From NCBI GenBank assembly GCA_964016885.1, contig OZ024743.1:245210001-245274000 (forward strand): a stretch of DNA of 64,000 bases, in the 5' to 3' direction. Position numbers and translations under genes: made by a program. The notes under the pieces were generated by a model. It made no database searches and had not been told where the DNA came from. It worked only from the letters and a program-made list of their open reading frames with translations. This DNA is from Eledone cirrhosa. Its lineage: Eukaryota. This document shows, piece after piece, positions 50,807 to 62,693 of the stretch; the first letter of the stretch is position 1, and every line of letters begins with the position of its first letter.

Positions 50807-51135
50807 GCACATGGCTTAGTGGTTAGAGCATTGGCCTTGCAATCGAAAGGTTGTGAGTTCAATTCTCAGACCGGGTGATGTGTTGTTTCCTTGAGCAAGA
50901 CACTTTATTTCACATTGCTCCAGTTTACTCAGCTGTAGAAATGAGATGATAGGACTGGGGTCCCTATCATTCCACTGCAAAAGTGGTCGTGGAGGTGCCA
51001 CAGCAAAAAAGCACCTAGCACTCACTGTAAATGAGGTTGGTGTTAGGAAGGGCATCCAGCTGTAGAAATCAAGCCAGAATCAGTTCCCGTCCCACCCTTG
51101 CAAGCAGGGAAAAGCGGACGTAAAATGATGATAAT
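50807..51135 (+). mobile_element. CORE-type tRNA SINE with RTE-derived tail
   Basis: Near-identical to 29663-30008 and 13318-13620. Confidence 0.9.
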
Positions 51136-51489
51136 AATAATAATGTAAGCTGAAGTTGTGCAGCTTTTTTCTTTTGTTGTATTTATTTTAAAGAGCTTTC
51201 AGCACTTTTCTTTTAAACATATAAAGTAGAACTATCAAGGTATGGTAAATATCAAGCTCAAGATATGTGTAGTGTATCCTTTGGAAATTTAAAACTTCTC
51301 TTATGTCAATTCTAAGTGTTCAACTTTTTCTCCAGTTCTAGAGAAAATGGCCTTAAAATGCATGTCACTGCAATTTAACAAGCCTAAGCAGATTGTGTAA
51401 AGTTCATTCACAAAAAAAAAAAAAAAATGTTATGGTTTAATCTGAAGGATGAGCTTTGCAGGGTTTGTATATTGGTGAGATTATGGTTT

Positions 51490-51900
51490 ATACTTAGCTA
51501 GAACGTCAATCTAGAAGAGAAAGAAATTTCCAGAGAGTTGATTTTCTGGGAGATGAAGAATTGAGTGAAGTGGTGATAAGATGTGATGGGATGAGTGTTT
51601 TGTGGAGGCTCCTTGGTGAAATTGGTATGTAACTAGCTAGTTTAGAGAAGCTGTGACCATTGTAGTAATAGTGATAGAATAGAGGAGACATGTTTTGTCT
51701 GTGGGATCAGATGTTGCAGTGTGTTTTAGATGTGGTCTAGGTTGTTTGTATAGCACTAACATTTCTGATATTGGAACAGTATTTCATTGTGGGCTGAACT
51801 TGTTTTATAGAGGGTCAATAATTAATCACAACTGGTTTGTTTTTTTTATTACCTCAAAGAGGAATTCCTAGTCATTGGGCTACAGTGTTAGCTATGTTCT
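51490..51900 (-). mobile_element. Old CR1/L2-like LINE fragment
   Basis: 'SPLFYHYYYNGHSFSKLASYIP' resembles the LSLFYxYYxG..S.EL motif; decayed. Confidence 0.5.
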
Positions 51901-52781
51901 AGACCTCAATTTATGTTTCCAGTCAACCAAGTACTACACTATACCTTGTGTCCTCTATCTGAATACAAATATCTTCCGAAATGTTATGTATAAGTCCCAT
52001 TTCCAGTTTACATCTATGTTAGGAAAGGCATCCAACTATAGAAAGCTTGCCAAACAATGGATTAGGAGGAACCTTCAGTTTTTGTCAAAAGACACAACTT
52101 TTCGCCTGCACTCAATAACTGTAAGTCAGCAGGATACAGGCCTCTTCGGGCTGTCTCGGATGTCAGTGGCCCCACTTCAGTACTGACTTGGTCTATGTAG
52201 ACCTGTTCAACTTTTGCTAGCAGGGAAAGCAGACATTAAAGGATAATTTACAATGTACGATATATTTTAAATCAAGGTTTTGTAGGTCTAGCAGATAAGT
52301 CACATGCTGGTTTTTCACATTTTTGTGAAAAAAAAAAAGTGAGATTTATACATGAGTATATACAGTGGCTGATTTTCAGAGGTGTAAATTTCCTAGTTTT
52401 CTATTTTGTTACAATTGTCGTTTTTTGTGAAATTACCTCTAATTTAGTGTTATGTGATAAAAATTACTGCTACTTAATGACAGGTGTTGGAATTTAGGAA
52501 ATAATTTACCATTGGTAAGAGAAACAATGTCAGGATATTTCACATCAATTTAGAATAGAAGAAACATGTTCAGTCACTTGGCATCTACACTGTAGAATAA
52601 CACAGATCAGCTTTATTGCTGTCACACATGTCTTATACTTTAATTATCCTGTTAATTACAACTAAAAGCTGTCCTTTCTTTTAAATGAATCTCCTTTCCT
52701 ACTCCTTCTGCTTCTAATCGGTGAAAATTTACTTTGTTGCAATTTTGTAAGCATATTTTTTCATTTTATTTTAATTCTATT

Positions 52782-53017
52782 TTAAACCTTTCAGTACCAA
52801 AACTGCTTGAAACTCCCCAATGTTGTAGGATACAAAATAGTTTTAAAGAGTTTATACTTATCTCAAAATTCTATATAAGAACCTTTATTAAGCTAGGATT
52901 CAAACACCAGCTTAATAACAAGAAGGTTAGTTATATTAATAAATCCATTCAAATTTTTCATTATTTGAAAATTATATGAAGTAATTTTCATTAGAAATAT
53001 GTTAATGAAAGGGTTAA
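52782..53017. mobile_element. TTAA-flanked MITE family 2; relatives at about 4712-4943, 20370-20501, 27265-27475, 27724-27950, 32893-33070, 60010-60222 and 62224-62856
   Basis: ttaa(a/c)cctt...gaaagggttaa termini and a shared interior (ttcattagaaatatg, caaacaccagctta). Confidence 0.75.
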
Positions 53018-53195
53018 AATAGAACACTGAACAGCAAACATGTTTCACAGCTAGTTGGCTGATCATATTTTCCAATATATGCAGTGTTATGCATAAATAT
53101 TTATTTATGCTACTGGGTCTATATACAATATGAATGAATAATTTCCAAAAATATTTGGTTTCTAAAACAGTTTCATACTATCTGTTGTATCATTA

Positions 53196-53725
53196 TCTCC
53201 TCCTCCAAAAAAGATTTTCTAACCAGGAAGGGTATGGCATGGTCAGCGTGCAATGCATGCCATATGGACATCTCAACTTACCAACAAGCTAAAACTGGAA
53301 ATATTCCAAGCAACCATTAAGCCCATATTACTTTATGGATCCGAAACTTGGACACTAACATCACAACTTGAGAGGAGATTGGATGGCACTTATACCCGCC
53401 TCTTAATGAGAGTGCAAAACCTATCCTTGGAAACGACATCCCACCTTGTCTAAAACCTATGGCAATCTCCCTCGAGCCTCTGCCCTTCTAAAATTCCGGA
53501 GAGCTCAATTTGCTGGCCTCTGTCACCGTGCCAGCAATGAAATCATATCCGCTCTCTTGCTCTGGTACCCTGACTAGGAGTAGGAAGCTGTCATTCCCTG
53601 ACGTTATCTCTAGGGATAAGGGAATCAGTAGACAGGACCTGGGGGCAGCGATGGGGGACAGGGAATTCTGGGGCATGAGAGTGAGATCCATCATCTCGAC
53701 AGTAGTCGACGAATGATGATGATGA
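53196..53725 (+). mobile_element. 5'-truncated RTEX-like LINE with (GAT)n tail and 10-bp TSD
   Basis: 'IWTSQL..KLKLEIFQATIKPILLYGSETWTLT...LDGTYTRLLMRVQN'; TSD tgtatcatta at 53186-53195 and 53726-53735. Confidence 0.9.
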
Positions 53726-54039
53726 TGTATCATTAATAGACTTTCAGCTCCATGTACAATGCTTTCACAACCCAATATTCATTAATCACATTCTCTCATA
53801 GCAATTCCAACTAAAGACTTACCTTTCATCATGATTTTATACCTTTTTCCATATTAGCATTGGTTGGATGGGTTGTTAGTCAGACCAGGTGGGTTGGAGT
53901 GACCTCATCTTGCTTATATGTACTGTATTTGGCAGGATTTTTATGGCTGGATATTCTTCCTAATGCCAACCACATTACAGAGTGTACTGGATGTATTTTT
54001 TTGTGGCACCAGCACTACTGCTTTACAGAGTGATTGTAT

Positions 54040-54281
54040 TTTTTTTTTTTTTTTTTTTTTTTAATCGATCGACTTTCGTCAAATCGGACCGAAGAATCAA
54101 TGTTTCCGTCGGTCTTTCCAGTTGCTAGTACTATCTATCGGTCGCAACTCGAGGTAGAAGGAGCGACGTGAAATAAAGTGTCTTGCTCAAGGACATAACG
54201 CATCGCCCGGTCCAAGAATCGAACTCACAACCTCAAGATTGTGAATCCAATTCTCTAACCACTCAGCCACACGCCTTCACT
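54040..54281 (-). mobile_element. Young CORE-headed SINE with a distinct tail, poly(A) and 11-bp TSD
   Basis: tRNA head plus partial CORE, CpG-rich tail, long A run; TSD agtgattgtat at 54029-54039 and 54282-54292. Confidence 0.88.
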
Positions 54282-57200
54282 AGTGATTGTATATTGGTGG
54301 TATATTATGCTGTTGTTGATTAACATCACATGCCAGCATGGAAGAACAGGCATTAAATGATGATGAATGGGACTTTGATAGATTTTAATTTGAATATGCA
54401 CATTTAGTGTGGACAATATCAGGCAAATGGGTATTAAAAAGTAAATACACATCACCCCCATTTTATGTCCATTTTTTAAAATGCTGTCATGGATTGGACA
54501 GGTCATCAGTCCAAGCTAACCATGACTTGCTCATAAATTACATATTTTGTCATTGTCTCTGGTTGGATTCCCTTCCCTATGCCAACCACTTTACAGCACT
54601 ACTACTTGACAGAATTCAAATTATAATGGGATTTAGATTGAAAATTTTATTTAAATATGACTATTTTAGCATAGGCAGTATCAGATGGGTTGGTATTAAA
54701 AAGGTTAATATTGTATACATGATACACTGAAAATAACCAACATTGGTCTTAGTAGGAAAAACTGGCATTATTATAAAACTGCAGCAGTGGATTTTCAGAA
54801 TCATGAGAGCATTGGACAAAGTGCATTGAAGCATCTAGTTATGGACCTGTCGTGGTCAACTTCGTTTTTCATCCTTCCAGGATCGATAAAATAAAGTGGC
54901 AGTCAAGCAATGGGGTCAATGTAGTGGATTGTTCTTTCTCTTGAAAATTGCTGCCAGAACCAAGGTCGGTTAAATCTATTGTGAATCGTGTTAGTTTTAT
55001 CTATGATGAAATTTGTTAGCTTTATCGTGACTTAGTCACAAATCACCAAATACAAGCTATCCATAAAAAGGTTCTCTGCATCGTAGTAGGTTACATCAGT
55101 ACAGATGCAGCATAGTCAAATGGTTTACTTTACAACCATTAGGTCTTTGACAAGTGTCATTTACCATAGCCTTAGGTCAACCCATGCCTTGTGAATAAAA
55201 TTGGGTAGATGGAAAATGTTTTGAAGCCCATCAGATGGACTGTATATGTAATTCAAAGGGCCAGCCTTTGGCACATTTTGAATCTCCTTGAGAATTATAT
55301 TAAGGATACACATGTCTTTGAAATGCTCAGCCACTTAAACACTTTCACATTCTGATTGTTCTGCTGATCAAACAACTGGAACACTAATTGTCGAAATTAT
55401 ATATATAAGGGACACTGCTTTGGTTGCAGTTTGTTCCTCTCTGCTATTTATGCATATATATTTTATTTTTGATGTTTAGTCAGGGATGGAAGGGCAATGC
55501 TTTTCGTCCTTTTCAGAGTCTCTGAGACTAGTGGGAAGAAGGATGGATGTATCCTCAAATACTTAGTTGCATGGTCATCTTAAGTAGATTTGATTAATGA
55601 AATAATGGAATCGATTGACAAGTTGTTTTTCCATTGCTGATACTGTCTATCAGTTTCAACTCCTGCAGAAAGAGCAATGTGAAATAAAGTGTCTTGCTCA
55701 AGGAATAAAGCATTACCCAGTTTGGAAATCGAACTTGCAACCTCATGATTGCAAATCTAACTATCTAACCATTGAGCCATGCATCTTCACAAAATGTTTA
55801 CTCATCTGGGATAGATAGGTAAATAATTATTTTAGTAATCCCTCCAAATTCTTCATTAATTAAAATAATATATTTCATTAGAAATATGTACACAAAATAG
55901 TTATGTTATACTCCAAAAACCATATAAATGAGGTTGTATTTATAAAATCTGTTCAAATTCTTGATTATTTTCAAAGTTGTTTAAAAATCATAGACAGTGA
56001 TTTTCATTAGAAATATAACAACAAAAGGGTTTCATTAGCTGTCAATTATTCAAGCTACTGAATTAATTGTAGTAAAATTTTAGCATGTTATTTCAAAGCT
56101 ATCTAAATTTAGAAGGGAAATTTCAATCTGCTAACAACACATTCTGTTAAATTGTCTGCTCTTCCTCTTTTTTTTTCAAAGTCGGTGAAACTATCAGCTC
56201 GGCTGAGTCATTATGGTGGGCAGATCAATGATTATAGCTCTGATATGTTGTGTAAATACCTAACAACCAGCACACATGGCAACAATTTTTTTTTTTTTTT
56301 AATGTCCTTTTGAAATGACCAGCTCAAATCTATTTTCTCAGTTTGACATAGGTTTTATAACTGTTTTCAATAAACTGCTACTATTTAAAAGTTTTAACTA
56401 TTAAAATAGCATTCAGCATTGTTTGCTTTTTGGGTGGTGTCATATCGCTTTCTTTTTTTTTTCTTTTTTCATTTTTCTTTTTTCATTTTTCTTTTTTCTT
56501 TTTATTATTACTGAATATATACTGGGAAATCTTTTTATTATTACTAACATATACTGGGAAATTTTCTGATGTTTAAGAGAGTTAATCCTCCTCTACAATG
56601 TAAACTCACAATGACTGGGCTATCACTTTATTGATATAGCTAGCTATAATTCTCATAATGCTATAATAAAATACACCCAATGCACTCTGTAAAGTGGTTG
56701 GTATTAGGAAAAGCATCCAACTATAAAAACCATACCATAACTTGTAAGATGTAGTTTCCATCCTGTCTAAGATGATAGCAACTGTGAATAAGAACTGTCA
56801 GACCATGATGACCCATCCAACCCATGCCAGCGTGGAAAATGGATGTAAAATAATGAATATTCTGAAAATTTTCAAAAATAACTTATTTGAGTAAATGTTT
56901 AACTTTATGGGATGTTATTAATAATTATAATTTTCTACATTAATTTTTATCTATACATTGTATGTGTGTAGGTATATATATATCTATATCTTTAACAATT
57001 AAACTGCCCGTATCTGGCCAGTATTCACTCACCTCGTTCTGTTCAAACTGGCCATAACTGGCTGCCCATACTGATGTTAAGGTATTGTTCTAAAAATAAA
57101 TACCAATGTCATAGATTCAATATTATGTAAGATAAAGCCTTTATCACAAAAATACAATAGTATATATAGAGTAATGTAAATATTAAAGGAATATATGTAC

Positions 57201-57329
57201 AAAATATTTTTAATATATTAATGTATATATGTGTGTGTGTGTATATATATATATATATAAATAAAAAAAAAACGAGGAAGTTTTGTTTACATGTATATGA
57301 TACTTATTGTGTATCGACCTATTATGTGC

Positions 57330-57402
57330 GTTTCGCAGAGGTTTGGCTCAAGGTCACCCATAGGTGTTATGGACCCGACTCCACTATTGATCTGCTCTTC
57401 AG
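57330..57402 (-). ncRNA. Hammerhead-core motif with a long stem II loop (Penelope-like remnant)
   Basis: Minus strand CTGAAGA-GCAGA-(about 50 nt)-TCTGC-GAAAC-GC. Stem II is perfect, stems I and III are decayed, and the motif lies between TA tracts. Confidence 0.55.
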
Positions 57403-57458
57403 AGTGCTTGTTTTGGTACCAACACCAGTAATTCACTGAATCATATATATATATATAT

Positions 57459-58030
57459 CTGTATATATATATATCTGTATATATATAAAATTATGTGTGT
57501 GTGTCTGTGTATTACCTATAGGGGCCTACATCTTACGACCGATTTTCATGAAACTTTACAGGCTCATAGATTAGTCATCGGGGAGTGTTTTCTATATATC
57601 AGTGTATCGTTTTTTATTCCAGGGTCATTCTGCAGATAAAAATCGATAGGGGGATTTTGCCACCGATTTCGTTCAAATTTTAAAGCAAAATAGAATTTAT
57701 CATTGCACATCCTGTAATGGCTTTATATTTTGCATTTATTGTTCAGGGACGGCGTGGCAGCCGCTTAAATATTCAAAAATACCACTTTTAGACTCAAATT
57801 TCCACTTTTTCGGCTCTAGCTCCCACATTAATCAACCTACTTTGTTCAAATTTTACACTATGCTAGATCTGATTATTTCACGTCTTAAAGTGGCTGTACA
57901 TTTTGGATTTTTTGTTCAGGAACGGCGTGGCAGCCGCTTAAATATTCGAAAATACTACCTTTTCGCTCATATTTCTGCCTTTTCGGCTCTAGCTCCCACA
58001 TTTTTCAACCGATTTCGTTCAAATTCGAAA
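57459..58030 (+). mobile_element. Helitron/Helentron-like non-autonomous element, 5' part
   Basis: tctgtatatatataaaa...tgtgtgtctgtg...accgattttcatgaaacttt start, with internal subrepeats (accgatttcgttcaaatt; ggcgtggcagccgcttaaatattc x2). Confidence 0.6.
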
Positions 58031-58199
58031 CTCCCTCCCCCAGCATGCCCCTTCCTCAGTCACCTGCGTTGTCCAGTGATAGAGGTCATCACCACCCTCC
58101 CCCGCATGGCCTCTGTGTGGCCATAGATGAGTCATCGAGAAGCAGCCACTAAGATCAACACCTTTTCATCAAAGCAGATATTATTTTACCTACCCAGGC

Positions 58200-58628
58200 A
58201 ACGCTGGGTACTGCTGTTAGTATATATATACCCAGAACATCCAGGCCGAAACAAATGAGATCGTGTAGGTGTCACGACAAAAAAACACACAGTCCACGCT
58301 GTAAATGTGGCCGTGTAGGCAACACGGTAAAAACCTCCCAGCCCCACACTGTAAATGTGGTTGGTGTTAGGAAGGGCATCCAGCTGTAGAAAACCCGCCA
58401 GACAGTCCACGCTGTAATGTGGCCGTGTAGGCAACACGGTAAAAACCTCCCAGCCCCACACTGTAAATGTGGTTGGTGTTAGGAAGGGCATCCAACTGTA
58501 GAAAACCCGCCAGACAGTCCTATGCGAGCAAGACAACCACTCTTGCCTCAAGTGGGAAAACCCCCGTCCAAACCCATGCAAGCGTGGAACACGGACGCTA
58601 AACCTGATGATGATGATGATGATGATGA
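58200..58628 (+). mobile_element. RTE 3' UTR with an internal ~113-bp tandem duplication and (GAT)n tail
   Basis: cagtccacgctgtaa...gaaaacccgccaga occurs twice; homologous to 12900-13186. Confidence 0.88.
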
Positions 58629-59308
58629 TATATATAGATAGTGGCATCTAGCTGTAAAATGTTTTGCAGCCAGATGAAAAATCAGGAGGTATTTTTGTAC
58701 AATAGTAAATACTGGTTTCTAATTTAGGGCTGGCATTTTTTTTTTTTTAGTGGGGGGGTTATATTGACATCAGTACATTGCTGGTATTTTATTTTATCAA
58801 CTCTCCCCGGAAGGATGAAAGGAAAAATTGACCTTGGGAGGATTTAAACCAGAATGTAGGGGGTTGTAATGAAATGCTGCAATGCTTTTCAATCAATGTA
58901 ATAACATTTCTGCCAGTCCAGTGCCCTGCTACATTGGTAAATAATTGTTTCTACTATTGGCACAAGGCCAGAAATTACCCAGTACATTACTGGTACTTAT
59001 AAATGACAGACATGCTTAGTCTACCAGTTCTTGCTGAATATATTGCATTGATTTTTATTTTGTTTATCCATTGTGACCTTTTTGTATTATTGGCCATTAT
59101 AAATGTAATAGTCTACCTGATTATATTTGACTGTTTCAATGTGCTTTATATAATGTATACATTGATTGATATTGTTGCAGCTAACTGATGTTAGCTGCAG
59201 ATATTAGTCATTGATAAGTAAACATTTGTGTTGAATTTAAGAACTGACTTGTGGGGAATTTGAAGAGCAAATTATTACATTGTTGTTGTTAGAGCTCACA
59301 TCTAAGCC

Positions 59309-59420
59309 GGTTTAGCTGGTCTTTTACAAGGTTGCAGGTTTAGCTGGTCTTTTACAAGGTTGCAGGTTTAGCTGCCCTTTTACAAGGTTGCAGGTTTAGC
59401 TGCCCTTTTACAAGGTTGCA
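59309..59420. repeat. 28-bp tandem repeat x4, derived from a SINE tail
   Basis: ggtttagctg(gt/cc)cttttacaaggttgca x4; reverse complement of the tail motif of the 48268-type SINE. Confidence 0.92.
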
Positions 59421-61878
59421 TCTCACAGGAGGTTTTGTTGGATGTTTTAATAAGAGTTCTGGTCGTGTCATGTTCTTACAGATCACACCTCTGCAAGTTT
59501 AGATGACTTCTTACAAGGTTGCATCACGTAGGTTTGTTTGGTGTTTTAATGATAGGGGTTCTGGTCATATCATGTTGTTTCAACTCACATCTATACAGGT
59601 TTAACTGGCCTCCAGGGTTGCACCTCATAGGTTTCTTAGAGGTTTTAACAAAAAGGTTTCTGATCCTATCATGAAAAGCAATGTGAATTGAAGCCTCTTG
59701 GTCAAGAGCACAACATCCCACAGGGCCCAGGAATTGAACCCACAGCCTTAACTGCTTGGCCATAAGCCTTCATAAATCATGTGGAAGACCTTATCTCAGT
59801 AAAGGGACTCATCAGTAGTATGTTGGCATTTTTATTAAGAAACCACTAAACTCCAAATACTGTTGTGAGAGAAGGGAAAGTATAGTATATTTTAAAATCT
59901 GAATATGAAGGCCTTCTAGTGCTGTTGTATAGCTGCAAATCAGCCATGGTTGAGTAATTCTATAATCAAAGGTGTGACTATCCAGTTTATTTTTCTGTCT
60001 CCATCCTTTTTAAACTCTTTTGATACCAAACTGCCTGAAACCACTTCTAATACTATGATACAAAGTGTTTATATTTATCTAAAAACTGCCATCATTTTTT
60101 ATATAGACCTTTAACATAGTATAATGGTGTTTAGAACATAGTTATTTTCTAAATCATTCCAAATTCTTGATTATTTTCAAAATTATTTTAAAATCATAGA
60201 AATATGGTAATGAAAGGATTAAGACTATGTATGTATTGAGAGATATTTGGTTACTATCTCTAGCAATTCAAGTGACCATGCTGAGGTTCCCTTATAAGCT
60301 TAGATATGTCTAATTGAATGTGATAATCATTTGATGTCTTCATTGAAGTTGAAACTAAGGTTTTATTTTTAGACTTAAAGAAAGATAATCATTGGAGCAT
60401 TAAATAATGTTATAACCATATTTGATATCCACTTTCAATGATGATGTAGGTTAGCTAGGTTGTTACGTTCCAAGTCCTTATTTGGAGTTACTCCTCTTTT
60501 AGATGGGCTACAGGACCATGTCCCACTTGTACTCACTTAAGTGCATTGGGTGCATTTTAATGTGGCACCAACACAGGATATGTTGTTAAAGGTTCAACAA
60601 GATTGAGTTCTCTATATTCTGTTATCTCTGTTTGATCAACAATTTCTGTCTTTAATTTCTATTTAAGAAATTTAATGGAGTTGTCTTCATTAACAAACTA
60701 GACATTTTTTTCATATTGGCAGAAATGTATTGATTGGTGAAGGTAGAGATTTTATTGAAACAGAATAGTATTTGAATGGTTAGAAGAATTCTTAGTTTTC
60801 TCTTTTATCTCCTACTACATTAAACCATTAAGAAGTGATGAGTTTGTGTTGTAAAACTTCATGACCACTTTAACATTGTATAGTTTGAAATTAAAACATC
60901 AGGTAAGGGACCGAACATGGGGATTTTTATTGCTACACTTTCTGTTGTACAGTACTAAAGAAGATTGTTATATATAACTTTGAAATATATTACAAGCAAT
61001 TAGAAATGTAGAAATGATAGTTCCAACAGATGTAAAATGATGAGCTTGTGTTGTATGGCTGTTTTGCCAATTTTAGTATCACCATTTAATGTCCATTCTT
61101 CCATGCTGGTATGGGTTGGTTTGGTTGTCATGGAACATGTTAGTACTTAATCAGAGCTTTTATCATGTGTACTAGGGAGATTGGCATATCATTGACATAA
61201 TTGAAAAGTTAGAACAAATACTGCAAGGCATTTCACTTGATGCTCTAACAACTTTGCGAATCCACTGCCCTAGATTATTATTATTTTTTTTTTTTTTTTT
61301 TTTAAACCACCTCAAAAGGGTAAAAGACAATATTGACCTTAGCAGGATTTGAACTTGGTACAAAGAGCCAGAACAAATATCATAAAGCATTTTATCCTGT
61401 GCTTTAATAACTGCAAATTCACCATCTGTAAAATGCATTGTCGGTCAGATTTGGAAGCATGTGTTTGTAAAGCAAACTTCTTAACCATAGCTATTCCATA
61501 AAAGAGCAACAGACCCTGTATCTATTGCTTGTTGGGCAACCCAGGTAAAAATTATTATACAGGGCAACTGTTGACTTGGCTTTATTTCATGAGGCTTACA
61601 TATGTAATAACGAGTTCAACATGTGTTTATGTATGTGTATGCATATATATATGTATGTTATGTAATTGATCAATATTTTATTAGTTATATGTATACATTT
61701 CAATAATAAACACTCTGATGTTTCTCTGGCAACAAATCAATAAATATTGTTAATTTACTTTTTGTAGCCAACCTGTGTTTAATCTCATGTACAGAGGGAG
61801 AGAGAGATTGAATGGCAAATATATTTATGACTATTGTTATGTGATACATAGTAAATTGTGTGTATGTGTAGTGTTCTG

Positions 61879-62135
61879 TGAAGGTGCATGGCTTAGTGGT
61901 TATGGTGTTAGGCATACAATCATAGCACACTGAGTTTCGATCTTGGTGGTGTGTTGTGTCCTTGAGCAGGACACTTCATTTCATATTGCTCCGCACCACT
62001 CAGAAAAAAGAGTTGTGCGTACAATTCAAAGGGCCAGACTTGTCACACACTGTTCTCCCAGAGAACTATGTTATGGGTGCATGTGTCAATGAAATGCTCA
62101 GCCACTTGCATATTCATTTCATGAGCAAGCTGTTC
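61879..62135 (+). mobile_element. CORE-type SINE with the 'aattcaaagggcc...atgctcagccacttgca' tail; relatives at about 43545-43828 (-), 46645-46915 (-) and 55250-55390
   Basis: Same head, a further tail type. Confidence 0.75.
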
Positions 62136-62308
62136 TAAAATGTGTGGTGTATCTGTAGTAGCATTGTTTAATTAGTTATTATAAGGCACAGAACTCTAAA
62201 TGTTCTACTTATCACAGCAGTATTTAACCCTTTCATTGCCACATTTCTAATGAATGACAATGTATGATTTTTAAATTATTTTGAAAATATTAATTTTATA
62301 ACTTTCAC

Positions 62309-62693
62309 GTGAAGGCTAGAGCATTGGACTTGCAATTGAAAGGTTGTGAGTTCAATTCTCGGACCGGGTGATGTGTTGTTTCCTTGAGCAAGACACTTTA
62401 TTTCACGTTGCTCCAGTTTACTCAGCTGAAAATGAGTACCAGTAATAGCTGGAGGTTTAACCCTGCGATGGACTGGCGTCCTTTCCAGGGGGCAGTCTTG
62501 TGCTCTCAGTCGCTTCACGCCATGAAGTCGGGATAAGCACTGGCCAAATGAGCCTTCTGGCTTAAGACAGACTTTAGACTTAGGCCTGCCCACCCAACCA
62601 GTGGGATGGTGTCAACGTATGTTTAAAACAGCAACGTGCTGTGACCAGCGGCGCCGAATGGCGCCTGACAGACTGGTCAGTCAAGGTGAGATG
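62309..62693 (+). mobile_element. Composite CORE SINE nested in a TTAA MITE, with 11-bp TSD
   Basis: TSD ataactttcac at 62298-62308 and 62694-62704. Head plus CORE, then ccctgcgatggactggcgtcc...gtcgcttcacgcc...gggataagc, then a tail homologous to 8521-8613. Confidence 0.9.
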
